DNA of 52,020 nt from a virus (taxonomy: Duplodnaviria; Caudoviricetes), in the IMG/VR virus record IMGVR_UViG_3300034375_010259, positions 1 through 52,020 of that record; one strand, given 5' to 3'. Below are positions 20,797 to 30,130 of this stretch, piece after piece. Within the stretch, counting starts at the first letter, position 1; each line of letters begins with the position of its first letter. The notes below the pieces were generated by a model. The model was not told the DNA's origin, did no database searches, and saw nothing but the letters and a program-made list of their open reading frames with translations. A program made the position numbers and the translations under genes.

Positions 20797-21156
20797 ATGT
20801 CACGAAAAAACGTCGTTAAGACCTATAAGATGTTGGAATCTGAAGATTTATCAGTCAACATCACCTCCTCTACTACAAATGTCATAAACCTGGACAAAGC
20901 CTCTATAGTCCTGGAATGGTCTGGAACAGCTCCAGTAGGCACCGTAACCATAGAAGCCACCAATGACGATCCAGACAAAAGCCCTTTATGGCGGGAATTA
21001 GACTTCGGTTCCACCATATCCATAAGCGGAAACACAGGAAATCATGACCTTATATTCAATGAACTCCCATTTAGAGCTATGAGAATCCAATATGTTGCCG
21101 GCTCCGGAACTGGAACTTTAACTGCAACATTAACCAGTAAAACCGTAGGAGCATAA
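20797..21156 (+). CDS. small beta-sandwich virion protein (spike-base-like)
   Basis: GTVTIEATND..W..FRAMRIQY; paralogue of 31406-31771. Confidence 0.6.
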   Translation: MSRKNVVKTYKMLESEDLSVNITSSTTNVINLDKASIVLEWSGTAPVGTVTIEATNDDPDKSPLWRELDFGSTISISGNTGNHDLIFNELPFRAMRIQYVAGSGTGTLTATLTSKTVGA

Positions 21157-21158
21157 CG

Positions 21159-23129
21159 ATGGCACAATTTCTATACCCCCCATCATCAGCAGCTATAGCA
21201 GCCGGAGCAGCTACAGAAGCTAAACAAGATTCTCAAATCACAGAATTGCAAGGTATTAATACTGAATTAGATGGTCAATCCACCACCTTAACCTCATTAG
21301 ATGGTAAAATCCTAGAAAACCTAATAGACTCAAACAACTCCACAACCGCAACTCTAGGAGCTGGAGCAACATTTACCGGAACCGGAACCGATGTTTCGAA
21401 ATACGCAGCAGTTGCCATAACAATATTTGCAGATCAAGACTCCGCCGTAGATGGTATGCAATTTCAATTTTCATCTGACAACACAAACTGGGATGAAGTA
21501 AACAGCTACAACTTAGATATATCAGTTTCCCAAACTAGAAGATTTCAATTTCCAGTTACAGCACAATATTTTAGATTTGTATACACAAATGGCGCAACTC
21601 CCCAAGGCACTTTTAGAGTTCAAACAATTGTACACACCACAAACGTACTTACAAGTATTCACAGAATTAACACCGGACTTACAAACGATCGCTCCGTAAC
21701 TGTTACAAAATCAGTAATAGCTGGAGAGACATCAGCGGGCGGAGGAGCCTTTGTAAACGTAAAGGCAAATCCATCTGGATCTTTAGAAGTTAATTCTAAT
21801 CAAACAACACATGACGACTTAAATGCAAATGCAAATATACAAGTTGGAGATATTGACGTAAGCGGAGCTAATCCAGTACCAATATCCGCAACTTCACTAC
21901 CATTACCAACTGGAGCCGCCACAGAAGCTACTTTAGCATCCATAGATAGTAAGGACTTTGCAACGCAAACAACTTTAGCAGCTCTTTTAACTGAATTACA
22001 ACTAAAAGCTGATCTTACTGAAACTCAACCTGTTTCGGCTACAACACTTCCATTGCCTACCGGAGCCGCTACCGAAGCCACTTTAGCATCAATAAACGGA
22101 AAAGATTTTGCAACGCAAACAACCCTAGCTTCTATAGACGCTAAAGACTTTGCAACACAAACCACATTAGCTGCCTTACTAGTAGAATTACAAGGCAAAG
22201 CAGATCTCATAGAAACTCAACCGGTATCTGCAGCCTCACTGCCACTACCAACTGGAGCAGCTACGGAAGCCACGCTTGCGTCTATCGATGCCAAAGACTT
22301 CGCAACTCAAACAACTTTAGCTGCATTGTTAACAGAACTTCAAGGCAAAGCAGATCTCGTAGAAACTCAACCAGTATCTGCAGCCTCTTTACCATTGCCT
22401 ACAGGCGCAGCCACAGAAGCCACGCTCGCATCCATAAACGGCAAGGACTTCGCAACGCAAACAACTTTAGCAGCTCTTTTAACCGAACTACAACTAAAAG
22501 CTGACTTAACAGAAACTCAACCTGTTTCGGCTGCATCTCTGCCTCTACCTACAGGAGCCGCTACTGAAGCCACACTAAGCACCTTAACCGGAAAAGATTT
22601 TGCAACGCAAACAACTTTAGCAGCTCTTTTGACTGAATTACAACTAAAAGCTGACTTAACAGAAACTCAACCTGTTTCGGCTGCATCTCTGCCTCTACCT
22701 ACCGGAGCCGCTACCGAAGCCACACTAAGCACCTTAAACGGAAAAGTAACCGCCGTAGACACTGGAAACGTAACCATTTCCGCAGCGCTACCAACAGGAA
22801 CAAATACAATCGGAGCTGTAGACGTAAATACATTAACTCCGGTAGATTTCCTAGACTCAGGGTTAGTAGACGCTGCCGGAACTAACATAGCAACTACAGG
22901 AACCACCGTAGTAGCTTCCTTAGCCGCAGATTGCAAGGAACTAGAAATAGTAGAAGACATAGGCGAGTTTATGACAATCAGAAACGGAGCAGATGCCATA
23001 CTAGCATATCTTCCACTAGGCGGAGGACGGGTGAAAGTATCTATTTCTTCGGGAACCGCTATAAAACTTACAAGTGAAACCGGAAGTGCAATCACAACCG
23101 GAAGTATTGCAATAAACTTTCTAGGCTAA
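21159..23129 (+). CDS. tail or head fibre protein with internal 50-aa repeats
   Basis: QPVSAASLPLPTGAATEATL repeats; Thr/Ala-rich. Confidence 0.75.
   Translation: MAQFLYPPSSAAIAAGAATEAKQDSQITELQGINTELDGQSTTLTSLDGKILENLIDSNNSTTATLGAGATFTGTGTDVSKYAAVAITIFADQDSAVDGMQFQFSSDNTNWDEVNSYNLDISVSQTRRFQFPVTAQYFRFVYTNGATPQGTFRVQTIVHTTNVLTSIHRINTGLTNDRSVTVTKSVIAGETSAGGGAFVNVKANPSGSLEVNSNQTTHDDLNANANIQVGDIDVSGANPVPISATSLPLPTGAATEATLASIDSKDFATQTTLAALLTELQLKADLTETQPVSATTLPLPTGAATEATLASINGKDFATQTTLASIDAKDFATQTTLAALLVELQGKADLIETQPVSAASLPLPTGAATEATLASIDAKDFATQTTLAALLTELQGKADLVETQPVSAASLPLPTGAATEATLASINGKDFATQTTLAALLTELQLKADLTETQPVSAASLPLPTGAATEATLSTLTGKDFATQTTLAALLTELQLKADLTETQPVSAASLPLPTGAATEATLSTLNGKVTAVDTGNVTISAALPTGTNTIGAVDVNTLTPVDFLDSGLVDAAGTNIATTGTTVVASLAADCKELEIVEDIGEFMTIRNGADAILAYLPLGGGRVKVSISSGTAIKLTSETGSAITTGSIAINFLG
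21897..22745 (+). repeat. ~150-bp intragenic tandem repeat (5 full copies plus a partial sixth)
   Basis: LPLPTGAATEATLASIDxKDFATQTTLAALLTELQxKADLxETQPVSAxS; copy 2 has a 14-aa internal duplication. Confidence 0.95.
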
Positions 23130-23164
23130 TAGCCTACTAACCCCAAGGGTTACAAGGAGAATTC

Positions 23165-23677
23165 ATGGCAGCAGTCATATTTAACGGCGCAGCAGTAAAA
23201 GCCTTAAAAGACATCATAAGACTTAAAGCTGGAATTGAAATAATTACCAATGATTCTGACGATCCAACACTAGTAGCAAAAAACGCTCCAGCATCAAGCC
23301 TATACCTAAGACAGGGAACTGGAGAAGTCTATGTAAAAACCGACGCCGGATCCTCCACAAACTGGAATCTTTTTACAACATCCACAGCGCCTCCTATTTT
23401 TGACGTATCTTCCATATCAACTAACACTAATGCAGTCAGTGGAGCCACATATTTAGTAGACGTATCTGGCGGAGCAGTGACAGTAACTTTACCAGCACCA
23501 GCAGTAGATGCTTTTGTTCGTGTAAAAGATAGCAGCGGATCTGCAAACACAAACAACATTACAGTAGCTCGTAACGGATCTGAATCAATCGACGGAGTTG
23601 CTGGAAACTTTACGTTAGATTCCAACTATGAATCAGCAGTATTTGTAAGTGATGGCACTGATTGGTGGAGACTATGA
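23165..23677 (+). CDS. tail fibre-associated structural protein
   Basis: APASSLYLR..YVK..W motif; C-terminal domain paralogous to that of 11047-11703. Confidence 0.65.
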   Translation: MAAVIFNGAAVKALKDIIRLKAGIEIITNDSDDPTLVAKNAPASSLYLRQGTGEVYVKTDAGSSTNWNLFTTSTAPPIFDVSSISTNTNAVSGATYLVDVSGGAVTVTLPAPAVDAFVRVKDSSGSANTNNITVARNGSESIDGVAGNFTLDSNYESAVFVSDGTDWWRL

Positions 23678-24291
23678 GTAATTATTATGTATACGCTCAT
23701 TATACAAAGACAACCAAAGAGTTGTTTTATATAGGAAAGGGGAAGAATAATCGAGCTTATAGCGAGCAAGGAAGGTCGAACTATTGGAAAAGAGTAGTAA
23801 AAAAACACGGACTGGAGGTCATAATTCTTATAGATGAATTAGAAAGTAAAGAAGCCGACAACCTGGAAATAATAGCAATAAGCTTACATTCCCCACGATG
23901 CAATTTTACAAAAGGCGGTACTGGAGGAAACACTACAGAAAAATATAATGAAATAAGAATGGCGGAGTATAAAAAAAAGTGTAGTAAATCTAAAAAAGAT
24001 TGGTGGAATTCCAAGGACGAAAACTTTAAAAAAGAGCATACTAAACCAGCCAATCGAGCAGTTTCGAAGATGTGGAAGAACATGGACCCAGAGCAAAAAA
24101 GTAACGAACAAAAAAGACGAAATTCTTTGAAAAAGAGAAAAAAAGTAAAATGCTTAAACACTAATAAAATATATAATACAGTAGAGGAAGCGGCTAAAGA
24201 TTTAAAAATATCATATAAACAAGGCATTTACAATCAAATAAACGGATATAAAAAACATATACAAGGATATAAATTTACTTACGTCCTATAG
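23674..24291 (+). CDS. free-standing GIY-YIG homing endonuclease with NUMOD-like DNA-binding C-terminus
   Basis: YYVYAH..LFYIGKG..RA, LE..AI, CNFTKGG.GG; KKVKCLNTNKIYNTVEEAAKDL; ATGA overlap at 23674. Confidence 0.85.
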   Translation: MSNYYVYAHYTKTTKELFYIGKGKNNRAYSEQGRSNYWKRVVKKHGLEVIILIDELESKEADNLEIIAISLHSPRCNFTKGGTGGNTTEKYNEIRMAEYKKKCSKSKKDWWNSKDENFKKEHTKPANRAVSKMWKNMDPEQKSNEQKRRNSLKKRKKVKCLNTNKIYNTVEEAAKDLKISYKQGIYNQINGYKKHIQGYKFTYVL

Positions 24292-24345
24292 AAGTTTTTC
24301 TACATGGTGTAAAAAACCACAGGATGTAAAAACCAGGAGGCAGTT

Positions 24346-26487
24346 ATTAGCTACATTGGAAAGAACCCAAAACTAAACACAAACACATTCACCCCACAAT
24401 CAGCCGATCCCAGTAATCCCGCTGACGGAATGGTCTTCATGTCAGACGGTACTTCTAGACCAGAAGGTTTATGGCGATATGACGCATCTGCAACGGCATG
24501 GATTCAGGTAGAAAACGACGGCTCGGCAGGGATCAATTTCGTTGACAACGATGATTTCGAAACTGACACTACAGGATATGCAACATATGCGGACGCCGCT
24601 GGAGTAAACGCAGTAGACGGAACTGGCGGAGTTGCAACAACTACCTTTACTCGAAACACTACCACTCCCCTCAGAGGAACTGGCGACGGTCTTATAACTA
24701 AAGATGCTGCCAACCGACAAGGCGAAGGTGTTTCATATGACTTCACAATCGACGAAGCTGATAAAGCTTCAATGCTTAAAATCGCATTTGACTATAAAAC
24801 TAGCACCGCCTATGCTGACGGAGACATTAGAGTTCAAATCTACGATGTCACCAACACTAATTTAATTCGCATAGCTCCTGAGGATTTAGCTGCCAATGAA
24901 GTAAATGGAAAGTTTTTCTCAAGCTTCCAGGCTGCTGCTGACAGTACTTCTTATAGATTAATTTTACATATATCTTCCACCAATGCTTCAGCATATACGG
25001 TTAATATCGATAATGTTGAGGTAACTCCGGCTGTCAGTTCAAGGTATACTCCGGTTTCGGATAGTAGAACTCAGAACACTATCACTATTGAGGGTGTAAC
25101 TACTGATCCTACATTTGGAACAATATCTAAACAAGACATTCTTTATCGTAGAGTGGGTGATCGATTAGAAGCAACCTATAGTTTTGATACTGATGGTACT
25201 GGATCTAGCGCAGGTTCGGGAACCTATTTAATAAGCCTACCGACAGGTTTAAGTTTCGACTCTGATAAAGTTACATATTCAACTTCTGAGAATGAATTTA
25301 ATCCCCATACAAATATAGGATTTGGTAATTTATATAATCAAGCTGCCGGCGGTATTCACGGGATGGTTATGGCTGTCCCTTATGATGATACCAGATTTTA
25401 CTTAGTATCCTCTTCTGTTGTTACCGACGCTGGCGCAGCTTCCTCTGAAACCGCAGATACTTGGGGTAGTGCATCCGCTCACAATGCTACAACACGACCA
25501 TCGTTTGTTCTTCAGATTAATGTTCCAATTAAAGGCTGGTCAACTGGACTCAGTGTTGAGGAATCTTTAAGTGGTAGAATTATTGCTGCTTCGATTCAGG
25601 GCACCGACTCCAACACCGTTGGGGCTGGCACCGCTGAATTTGTTGGATACCAAACAACTCTCTTTGATACACACGGAGGTTTTACCATTGGATCAACCGA
25701 TCCCACTGAATCCAATTCCACATATTATACAATTCCAGAAACGGGCTATTATCAAGTTGATGCTGGGATTGCTTTCGCTGCTTCAACTGGATGGACTTCT
25801 AATGCTTCGGCAGAAATTTATATCATAAAAAATGGATCTACTGTACTCAGACGTAGAGGACATCTTGAGAACAATACAACCAGTCACCCCGTCCAAACAC
25901 AAATCTCTGATACCTTTTATCTTGAAAAAGGCGACACCGTTTCAGTTAAGGCTTACAATGGAACCGCTGGCGCATTGGGATTTTACACACCTGTTCCAAG
26001 AGATACCTATTTCTCAATTGCTAAAGTTCAAGCACCGAGCGAAGTTTTACCTAGTGAGAAAATTTATGCGACTTACTCCCATAATGCCGCGACATCATTA
26101 ACTGCGGCAACTAATACAACTATTCCATATAATACAAAAGAAACGGATTCTCATAACTCGGTTTCGTCGGGCGTCTTTACGGCACCTAGGTCAGGTATGT
26201 TTTATTACTCATTTACGACCTATTTTGCAACTAACTCATGGGCTGCGGATAAAAATATAGATACTGTAGTTTATAAAAACGGAAATGGGACTACTCAGGT
26301 GCAGACTAGCAGGTGGATTTCCGGTGGATTAGCTTCTAATACTATACAAGTTCCAATTTTATCCGGTTTAGTTTATCTAACAAAAGGCGAAACCTTAGAA
26401 TTTACCGTGAATCATGATAACGGAGGAGGTAACACAACAGGAACTGATGCTACAAGAAATAAAATGGTTATATACTCTATAGATTAA
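24346..26487 (+). CDS. receptor-binding tail fibre with two C1q-like domains; probable ATT start
   Basis: AGGAGG-5nt-ATT AGC TAC ATT GGA AAG (xSYIGKNP) in frame with the 24430 ORF; YTIPETGYYQV and FTAPRSGMFYYSF C1q-like motifs. Confidence 0.75.
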   Translation: MSYIGKNPKLNTNTFTPQSADPSNPADGMVFMSDGTSRPEGLWRYDASATAWIQVENDGSAGINFVDNDDFETDTTGYATYADAAGVNAVDGTGGVATTTFTRNTTTPLRGTGDGLITKDAANRQGEGVSYDFTIDEADKASMLKIAFDYKTSTAYADGDIRVQIYDVTNTNLIRIAPEDLAANEVNGKFFSSFQAAADSTSYRLILHISSTNASAYTVNIDNVEVTPAVSSRYTPVSDSRTQNTITIEGVTTDPTFGTISKQDILYRRVGDRLEATYSFDTDGTGSSAGSGTYLISLPTGLSFDSDKVTYSTSENEFNPHTNIGFGNLYNQAAGGIHGMVMAVPYDDTRFYLVSSSVVTDAGAASSETADTWGSASAHNATTRPSFVLQINVPIKGWSTGLSVEESLSGRIIAASIQGTDSNTVGAGTAEFVGYQTTLFDTHGGFTIGSTDPTESNSTYYTIPETGYYQVDAGIAFAASTGWTSNASAEIYIIKNGSTVLRRRGHLENNTTSHPVQTQISDTFYLEKGDTVSVKAYNGTAGALGFYTPVPRDTYFSIAKVQAPSEVLPSEKIYATYSHNAATSLTAATNTTIPYNTKETDSHNSVSSGVFTAPRSGMFYYSFTTYFATNSWAADKNIDTVVYKNGNGTTQVQTSRWISGGLASNTIQVPILSGLVYLTKGETLEFTVNHDNGGGNTTGTDATRNKMVIYSID

Positions 26488-26496
26488 GGATAAATA

Positions 26497-26586
26497 ATGG
26501 CAGAATTTAAAGACGAATATACAAAACGGATAGCGCAAAGACAGGCTGGAAACGGCTTGTTTGGAGAAGCTTATAATTTAAACTAA
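26497..26586 (+). CDS. 29-aa ORF, possibly a truncated gene remnant
   Basis: AAGGA RBS then MAEFKDEYTKRIAQRQAGNGLFGEAYNLN; absent from the ORF track. Confidence 0.35.
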   Translation: MAEFKDEYTKRIAQRQAGNGLFGEAYNLN

Positions 26587-26627
26587 AAAGTAAAAAACTA
26601 AAAAGCCTCTAACCAAAAAGGCAATAA

Positions 26628-27080
26628 ATGTCAACTAAAGTACTAGAGCGGGGTGCTGCAAACACAAAAGCAGCCTCCGCCTATTCAAATACAGTAGCAG
26701 ACTATGAATCCAGCGCTTCTGGAGACAATATCATAGAATCTGTACCATGCGACTCTACCGTCTTCATAGGCGCCGTAGTTCGTATGAACAGTGGAACTGC
26801 TGTAAATGCAATAGCTGACAGCTCGACAAATTCCAAAGTCGTAGGAATCTGCGTAGCTAAAACATCTAGTACAGTGTGCAACATTCAAGTATGCGGAGCA
26901 ACTTCAGGAATTTTTGGAGGACTTACAGACAATAACTACTTCTTAAGCGAAAGTACAGCAGGTCAAATAACAACCACAGCCCCAACCGGCTCTGGAGAAA
27001 TAGTAATACACATAGGACGATCTCTAACAAGTTCTAGATTAGTAATACAAGTAGGAACACAAATAAGAAGAGCCACTTAA
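26628..27080 (+). CDS. virion decoration/cement-like protein
   Basis: IGAVVR..AIAD..VVGIC..YFLS..AG.IT.TAP..SG; paralogous to the C-terminus of 27482-28303. Confidence 0.6.
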   Translation: MSTKVLERGAANTKAASAYSNTVADYESSASGDNIIESVPCDSTVFIGAVVRMNSGTAVNAIADSSTNSKVVGICVAKTSSTVCNIQVCGATSGIFGGLTDNNYFLSESTAGQITTTAPTGSGEIVIHIGRSLTSSRLVIQVGTQIRRAT

Positions 27081-27095
27081 ACATAAGGATTTAAA

Positions 27096-27464
27096 ATGAC
27101 GGAAAAAAAGAAACCAGCTAGAAAAAAGAAAGAAGAGGTTGTAGAATTTCAAGATCCTACATCAATAGGAAAAATGGAGCCTTCTAAGTACTGGGAATGG
27201 CGCTGCACCATAGAAGAACTTAAAACGGCTAAGTTAAACGAAAAATTAGCGGTTTACAAAAAAGACTTGCTAACAAAAGAGCTAATTATAAAACAACTAG
27301 AATTAAAAAACCACGCACAAATAGAGTCAAAAATCTACCAAGAAAAAATAGCTGCGCAGAAAGAATATGAGCGATTTAAATTAAGTCTGGAAGAAGATTT
27401 AGGATTTGATCTTAAAGACTGTGTGATTGATGACATAACTTTCGAGGTAAAAAAACTCGACTAA
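27096..27464 (+). CDS. hypothetical coiled-coil protein (possible fibre assembly chaperone)
   Basis: AAGGA RBS; charged and helical; sits between structural genes. Confidence 0.6.
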   Translation: MTEKKKPARKKKEEVVEFQDPTSIGKMEPSKYWEWRCTIEELKTAKLNEKLAVYKKDLLTKELIIKQLELKNHAQIESKIYQEKIAAQKEYERFKLSLEEDLGFDLKDCVIDDITFEVKKLD

Positions 27465-27481
27465 CCTAAAAAGGAGACTCT

Positions 27482-28303
27482 ATGGCTCAGGTAAAACTTT
27501 TAAAAATTGGCGCTGACGGACTACAGGAAGAATTTAACAGCGCATCTGACGACATTACGCTTGCTTCGTATACCGTCAACGGCTCCAGCGCCTCTTTAAG
27601 CGCTACCGGATTAGACATGCAGAACACTGACATCACTCTAATCCAGGACATTACATTCAATGACCCCACTACTGGAACAATCACTGATTCTTCCGGAGCG
27701 CACGTCATTGACAAATTAATGTTCGCAGACAAAGAAAATAGCATCGACGTCGGATCCGCTATTCTCTTTCCAACAATTTCCGACGCAGTTGATGAAGTAG
27801 ACGCATTCCGTCTTCCTACATTAGCAGGCACTCCTTCCGCTGCTCCAGCAGACGGTGGAGAAGGCTACCTAGTATGGGACAGCACCAACAACAAGCTATA
27901 TGCTTACGATGGATCTGCCTGGGACGACTTGTCAACAGTTACAGCGGCTGAAAAAGTCTGCAACGTCTACACAACTGGCGAAGCTATTGCAATCGGCGAA
28001 GTTCTTTACATCTCTGCTGCTAACACTGTAAGTAAAGCTGACGCTTCAACTAACTACGAAGCCATGGGCTTTGCTAAGACTGCTGACGGAGTTGGCGGAT
28101 CAACAATTGAAGTCCAATCAGAAGGCATAATCGAAGGATTAGCTGGACTTACTGCTGGATCTAGATACTTTCTAGACACTACTGCAGGAGCCGTAACAGC
28201 AACAGCGCCCACTGGCTCAGGCTCTCGTGTACTTCAAGTAGGTTTTGCAAAAAATACTACTGACCTACACATTCAATTCGACTTCGTAGGACGAAGAGCC
28301 TAA
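27482..28303 (+). CDS. virion fibre/decoration protein
   Basis: EGYLVWDSTNNKLYAYDGSAW fibre motif; C-terminal GEAIAIGEVLYI..GLTAGSRYFL domain; capsid-like codon bias. Confidence 0.65.
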   Translation: MAQVKLLKIGADGLQEEFNSASDDITLASYTVNGSSASLSATGLDMQNTDITLIQDITFNDPTTGTITDSSGAHVIDKLMFADKENSIDVGSAILFPTISDAVDEVDAFRLPTLAGTPSAAPADGGEGYLVWDSTNNKLYAYDGSAWDDLSTVTAAEKVCNVYTTGEAIAIGEVLYISAANTVSKADASTNYEAMGFAKTADGVGGSTIEVQSEGIIEGLAGLTAGSRYFLDTTAGAVTATAPTGSGSRVLQVGFAKNTTDLHIQFDFVGRRA

Positions 28304-28318
28304 TTAGTGAATTAACCA

Positions 28319-28350
28319 AAGGAAGCCAAGGAAGGCTTTCTTCCTTTTTT
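28319..28350 (+). terminator. Rho-independent terminator
   Basis: AAGGAAG...CTTCCTT stem followed by a T run. Confidence 0.6.
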
Positions 28351-28366
28351 ATAAGAAGTTAATAAA

Positions 28367-28858
28367 ATGAAATTTTGTAGAATTTGTAATATAGAAAAAC
28401 CATTAATAAAATTTGCGACAAGAAAATCAGCAAAAGATGGAAGAAGAAACGAGTGTAAATTATGTACGAATAAAAAACATAAAATGTACAGAGACACTCC
28501 TGAGCAAAAGAAAAAAAAGAAAGAGCGTAGAAAAAAAACATATTGCGTTGAGTATTATAGAATTTACAGGAAAAATAATATACAAAAAATAAGAAAATCA
28601 GCAAACAAATGGGCAAAAAACAACAAAGAATATAGATCTCATATGCAGAAAAAAAGAGAAGTTTTAAAAAGACAATCTTCTTTATATGGATACGAAGATG
28701 AAATTAAAAACATATATATAAACAGACCTCCAGGGCACCACGTAGATCACATAATACCATTAAACCACAAAGACGTGTGTAGACTGCACGTCCCGTGGAA
28801 CTTACAATATTTACCAGCAATAGAAAATTTAAAAAAGAGTAATAAACTATGTCAATAG
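28367..28858 (+). CDS. free-standing HNH homing endonuclease
   Basis: N-terminal CxxC..CxxC; HHVDHIIPL..LHVPWNLQYL..ENLKKSNK. Confidence 0.9.
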   Translation: MKFCRICNIEKPLIKFATRKSAKDGRRNECKLCTNKKHKMYRDTPEQKKKKKERRKKTYCVEYYRIYRKNNIQKIRKSANKWAKNNKEYRSHMQKKREVLKRQSSLYGYEDEIKNIYINRPPGHHVDHIIPLNHKDVCRLHVPWNLQYLPAIENLKKSNKLCQ

Positions 28859-29436
28859 ACAAAGTCAAACCACTAAAAATAGAAGACTCAACAAACGGAA
28901 CCGAATTCGACATGGTTCCAACTGAAACCGACCCCACAGAAGACTACCTAGCTTCCAAAGGCATTGCTTTCGAAAACTCAGAAAACACAACAATATATGG
29001 TGACGCCGGCGTCATGAAATTTAAAGACACGGACGTAACAACAGAAAAATCCTTAATAGAACTAGTATCCTCAGCCTCCCCCGGATTTATATGCTCCAGA
29101 AAAGGAGTAACATCATCCGGAACTTGGTTAGAAAGCGACGGCATCCCAACAAATACCGTGGGAATTCCAATATTATTAAACAATCCAACACTAACTGCAA
29201 TTATTGCAACAAATGAAACAGCATCTGCAACTTTTACCGTAGAAATATACGAACACGATGGAACAACTTTCACACTAATAGACACTCTAACAGTAACCTC
29301 CAGTAGGTCAGATAAAAAAGTACTAACCACCCCAGCGTCTTTAACCTCCGAACAGGAACTAGCGGTAAAAATATCTTCCGGAACTGCAAAAAATATTAAA
29401 GTAATTTGCCTAATAGGCGGAGACACCATAACATGA
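28849..29436 (+). CDS. structural protein (tail accessory)
   Basis: Thr/Ser-rich beta protein in the structural cluster. Confidence 0.55.
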   Translation: MSIDKVKPLKIEDSTNGTEFDMVPTETDPTEDYLASKGIAFENSENTTIYGDAGVMKFKDTDVTTEKSLIELVSSASPGFICSRKGVTSSGTWLESDGIPTNTVGIPILLNNPTLTAIIATNETASATFTVEIYEHDGTTFTLIDTLTVTSSRSDKKVLTTPASLTSEQELAVKISSGTAKNIKVICLIGGDTIT

Positions 29437-30119
29437 GTAAAATCCTAAAAAACACCACTATCTCAGACATAGAACTATCCACATTAGCCAGAACAATTCC
29501 AGCCTCTGGACAAATAACCATACCAGTAGGAGATTACCTTCTATTAGGATCAGAAGACTCCATAACCGAACTAACCCCCCTAATAAACTCCGGAGATATT
29601 GTAATAAACGATGGTTCAAATGATCTTTCTTCGGACGAGGCAATAGAATACGCACAATACCCAGACCAGGCTTCAAATATAAGATTCACTCCCACCTCAA
29701 GCATAGCCGAAATTAATGTACAAGATGCCATAGGATCCGGAGTCAATACCGCACTAAACACTCCTCGATACGGAATACCACTAATTTATAATGGAGTTGT
29801 AAGTAACAATGAATTTATAGGATATTCAAATCTACTACCTGGAGATGAGACTCCAATTATCATACCAGTAGACTCAGAAATAACAGGATATACTTTTAGT
29901 AATTCCAGAGCAGACGCAAGCTACACAATAGAACTAAGAAAGAACTCAGAAACCGCTACACCATTTAACACTACTTCAAAAATAACAACAAAAAACTTCA
30001 TTCAATCAGAATTATCCGAAGAATTTGCCGCCGGCGATTCTATATTTGTAAAGTATTTAGATGATGGCGTAAACGCTTCGGACGTTGGAATATTTTTAAC
30101 ATTTAAAGCAATTTTATAG
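29433..30119 (+). CDS. structural protein (tail accessory)
   Basis: ATGA overlap, GGAG RBS; MSKILKNTT..GDIVINDG..EAIEY; EINVQDAI fibre motif. Confidence 0.55.
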   Translation: MSKILKNTTISDIELSTLARTIPASGQITIPVGDYLLLGSEDSITELTPLINSGDIVINDGSNDLSSDEAIEYAQYPDQASNIRFTPTSSIAEINVQDAIGSGVNTALNTPRYGIPLIYNGVVSNNEFIGYSNLLPGDETPIIIPVDSEITGYTFSNSRADASYTIELRKNSETATPFNTTSKITTKNFIQSELSEEFAAGDSIFVKYLDDGVNASDVGIFLTFKAIL

Positions 30120-30130
30120 GAGGCAATTAA

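Noticed and set aside
23662-24430. Group I intron joining 23165-23677 to the downstream fibre
   Set aside because: The upstream gene ends at a natural domain end like its paralogue, the downstream gene has its own RBS, and only about 55 non-coding bases are available for a ribozyme core.
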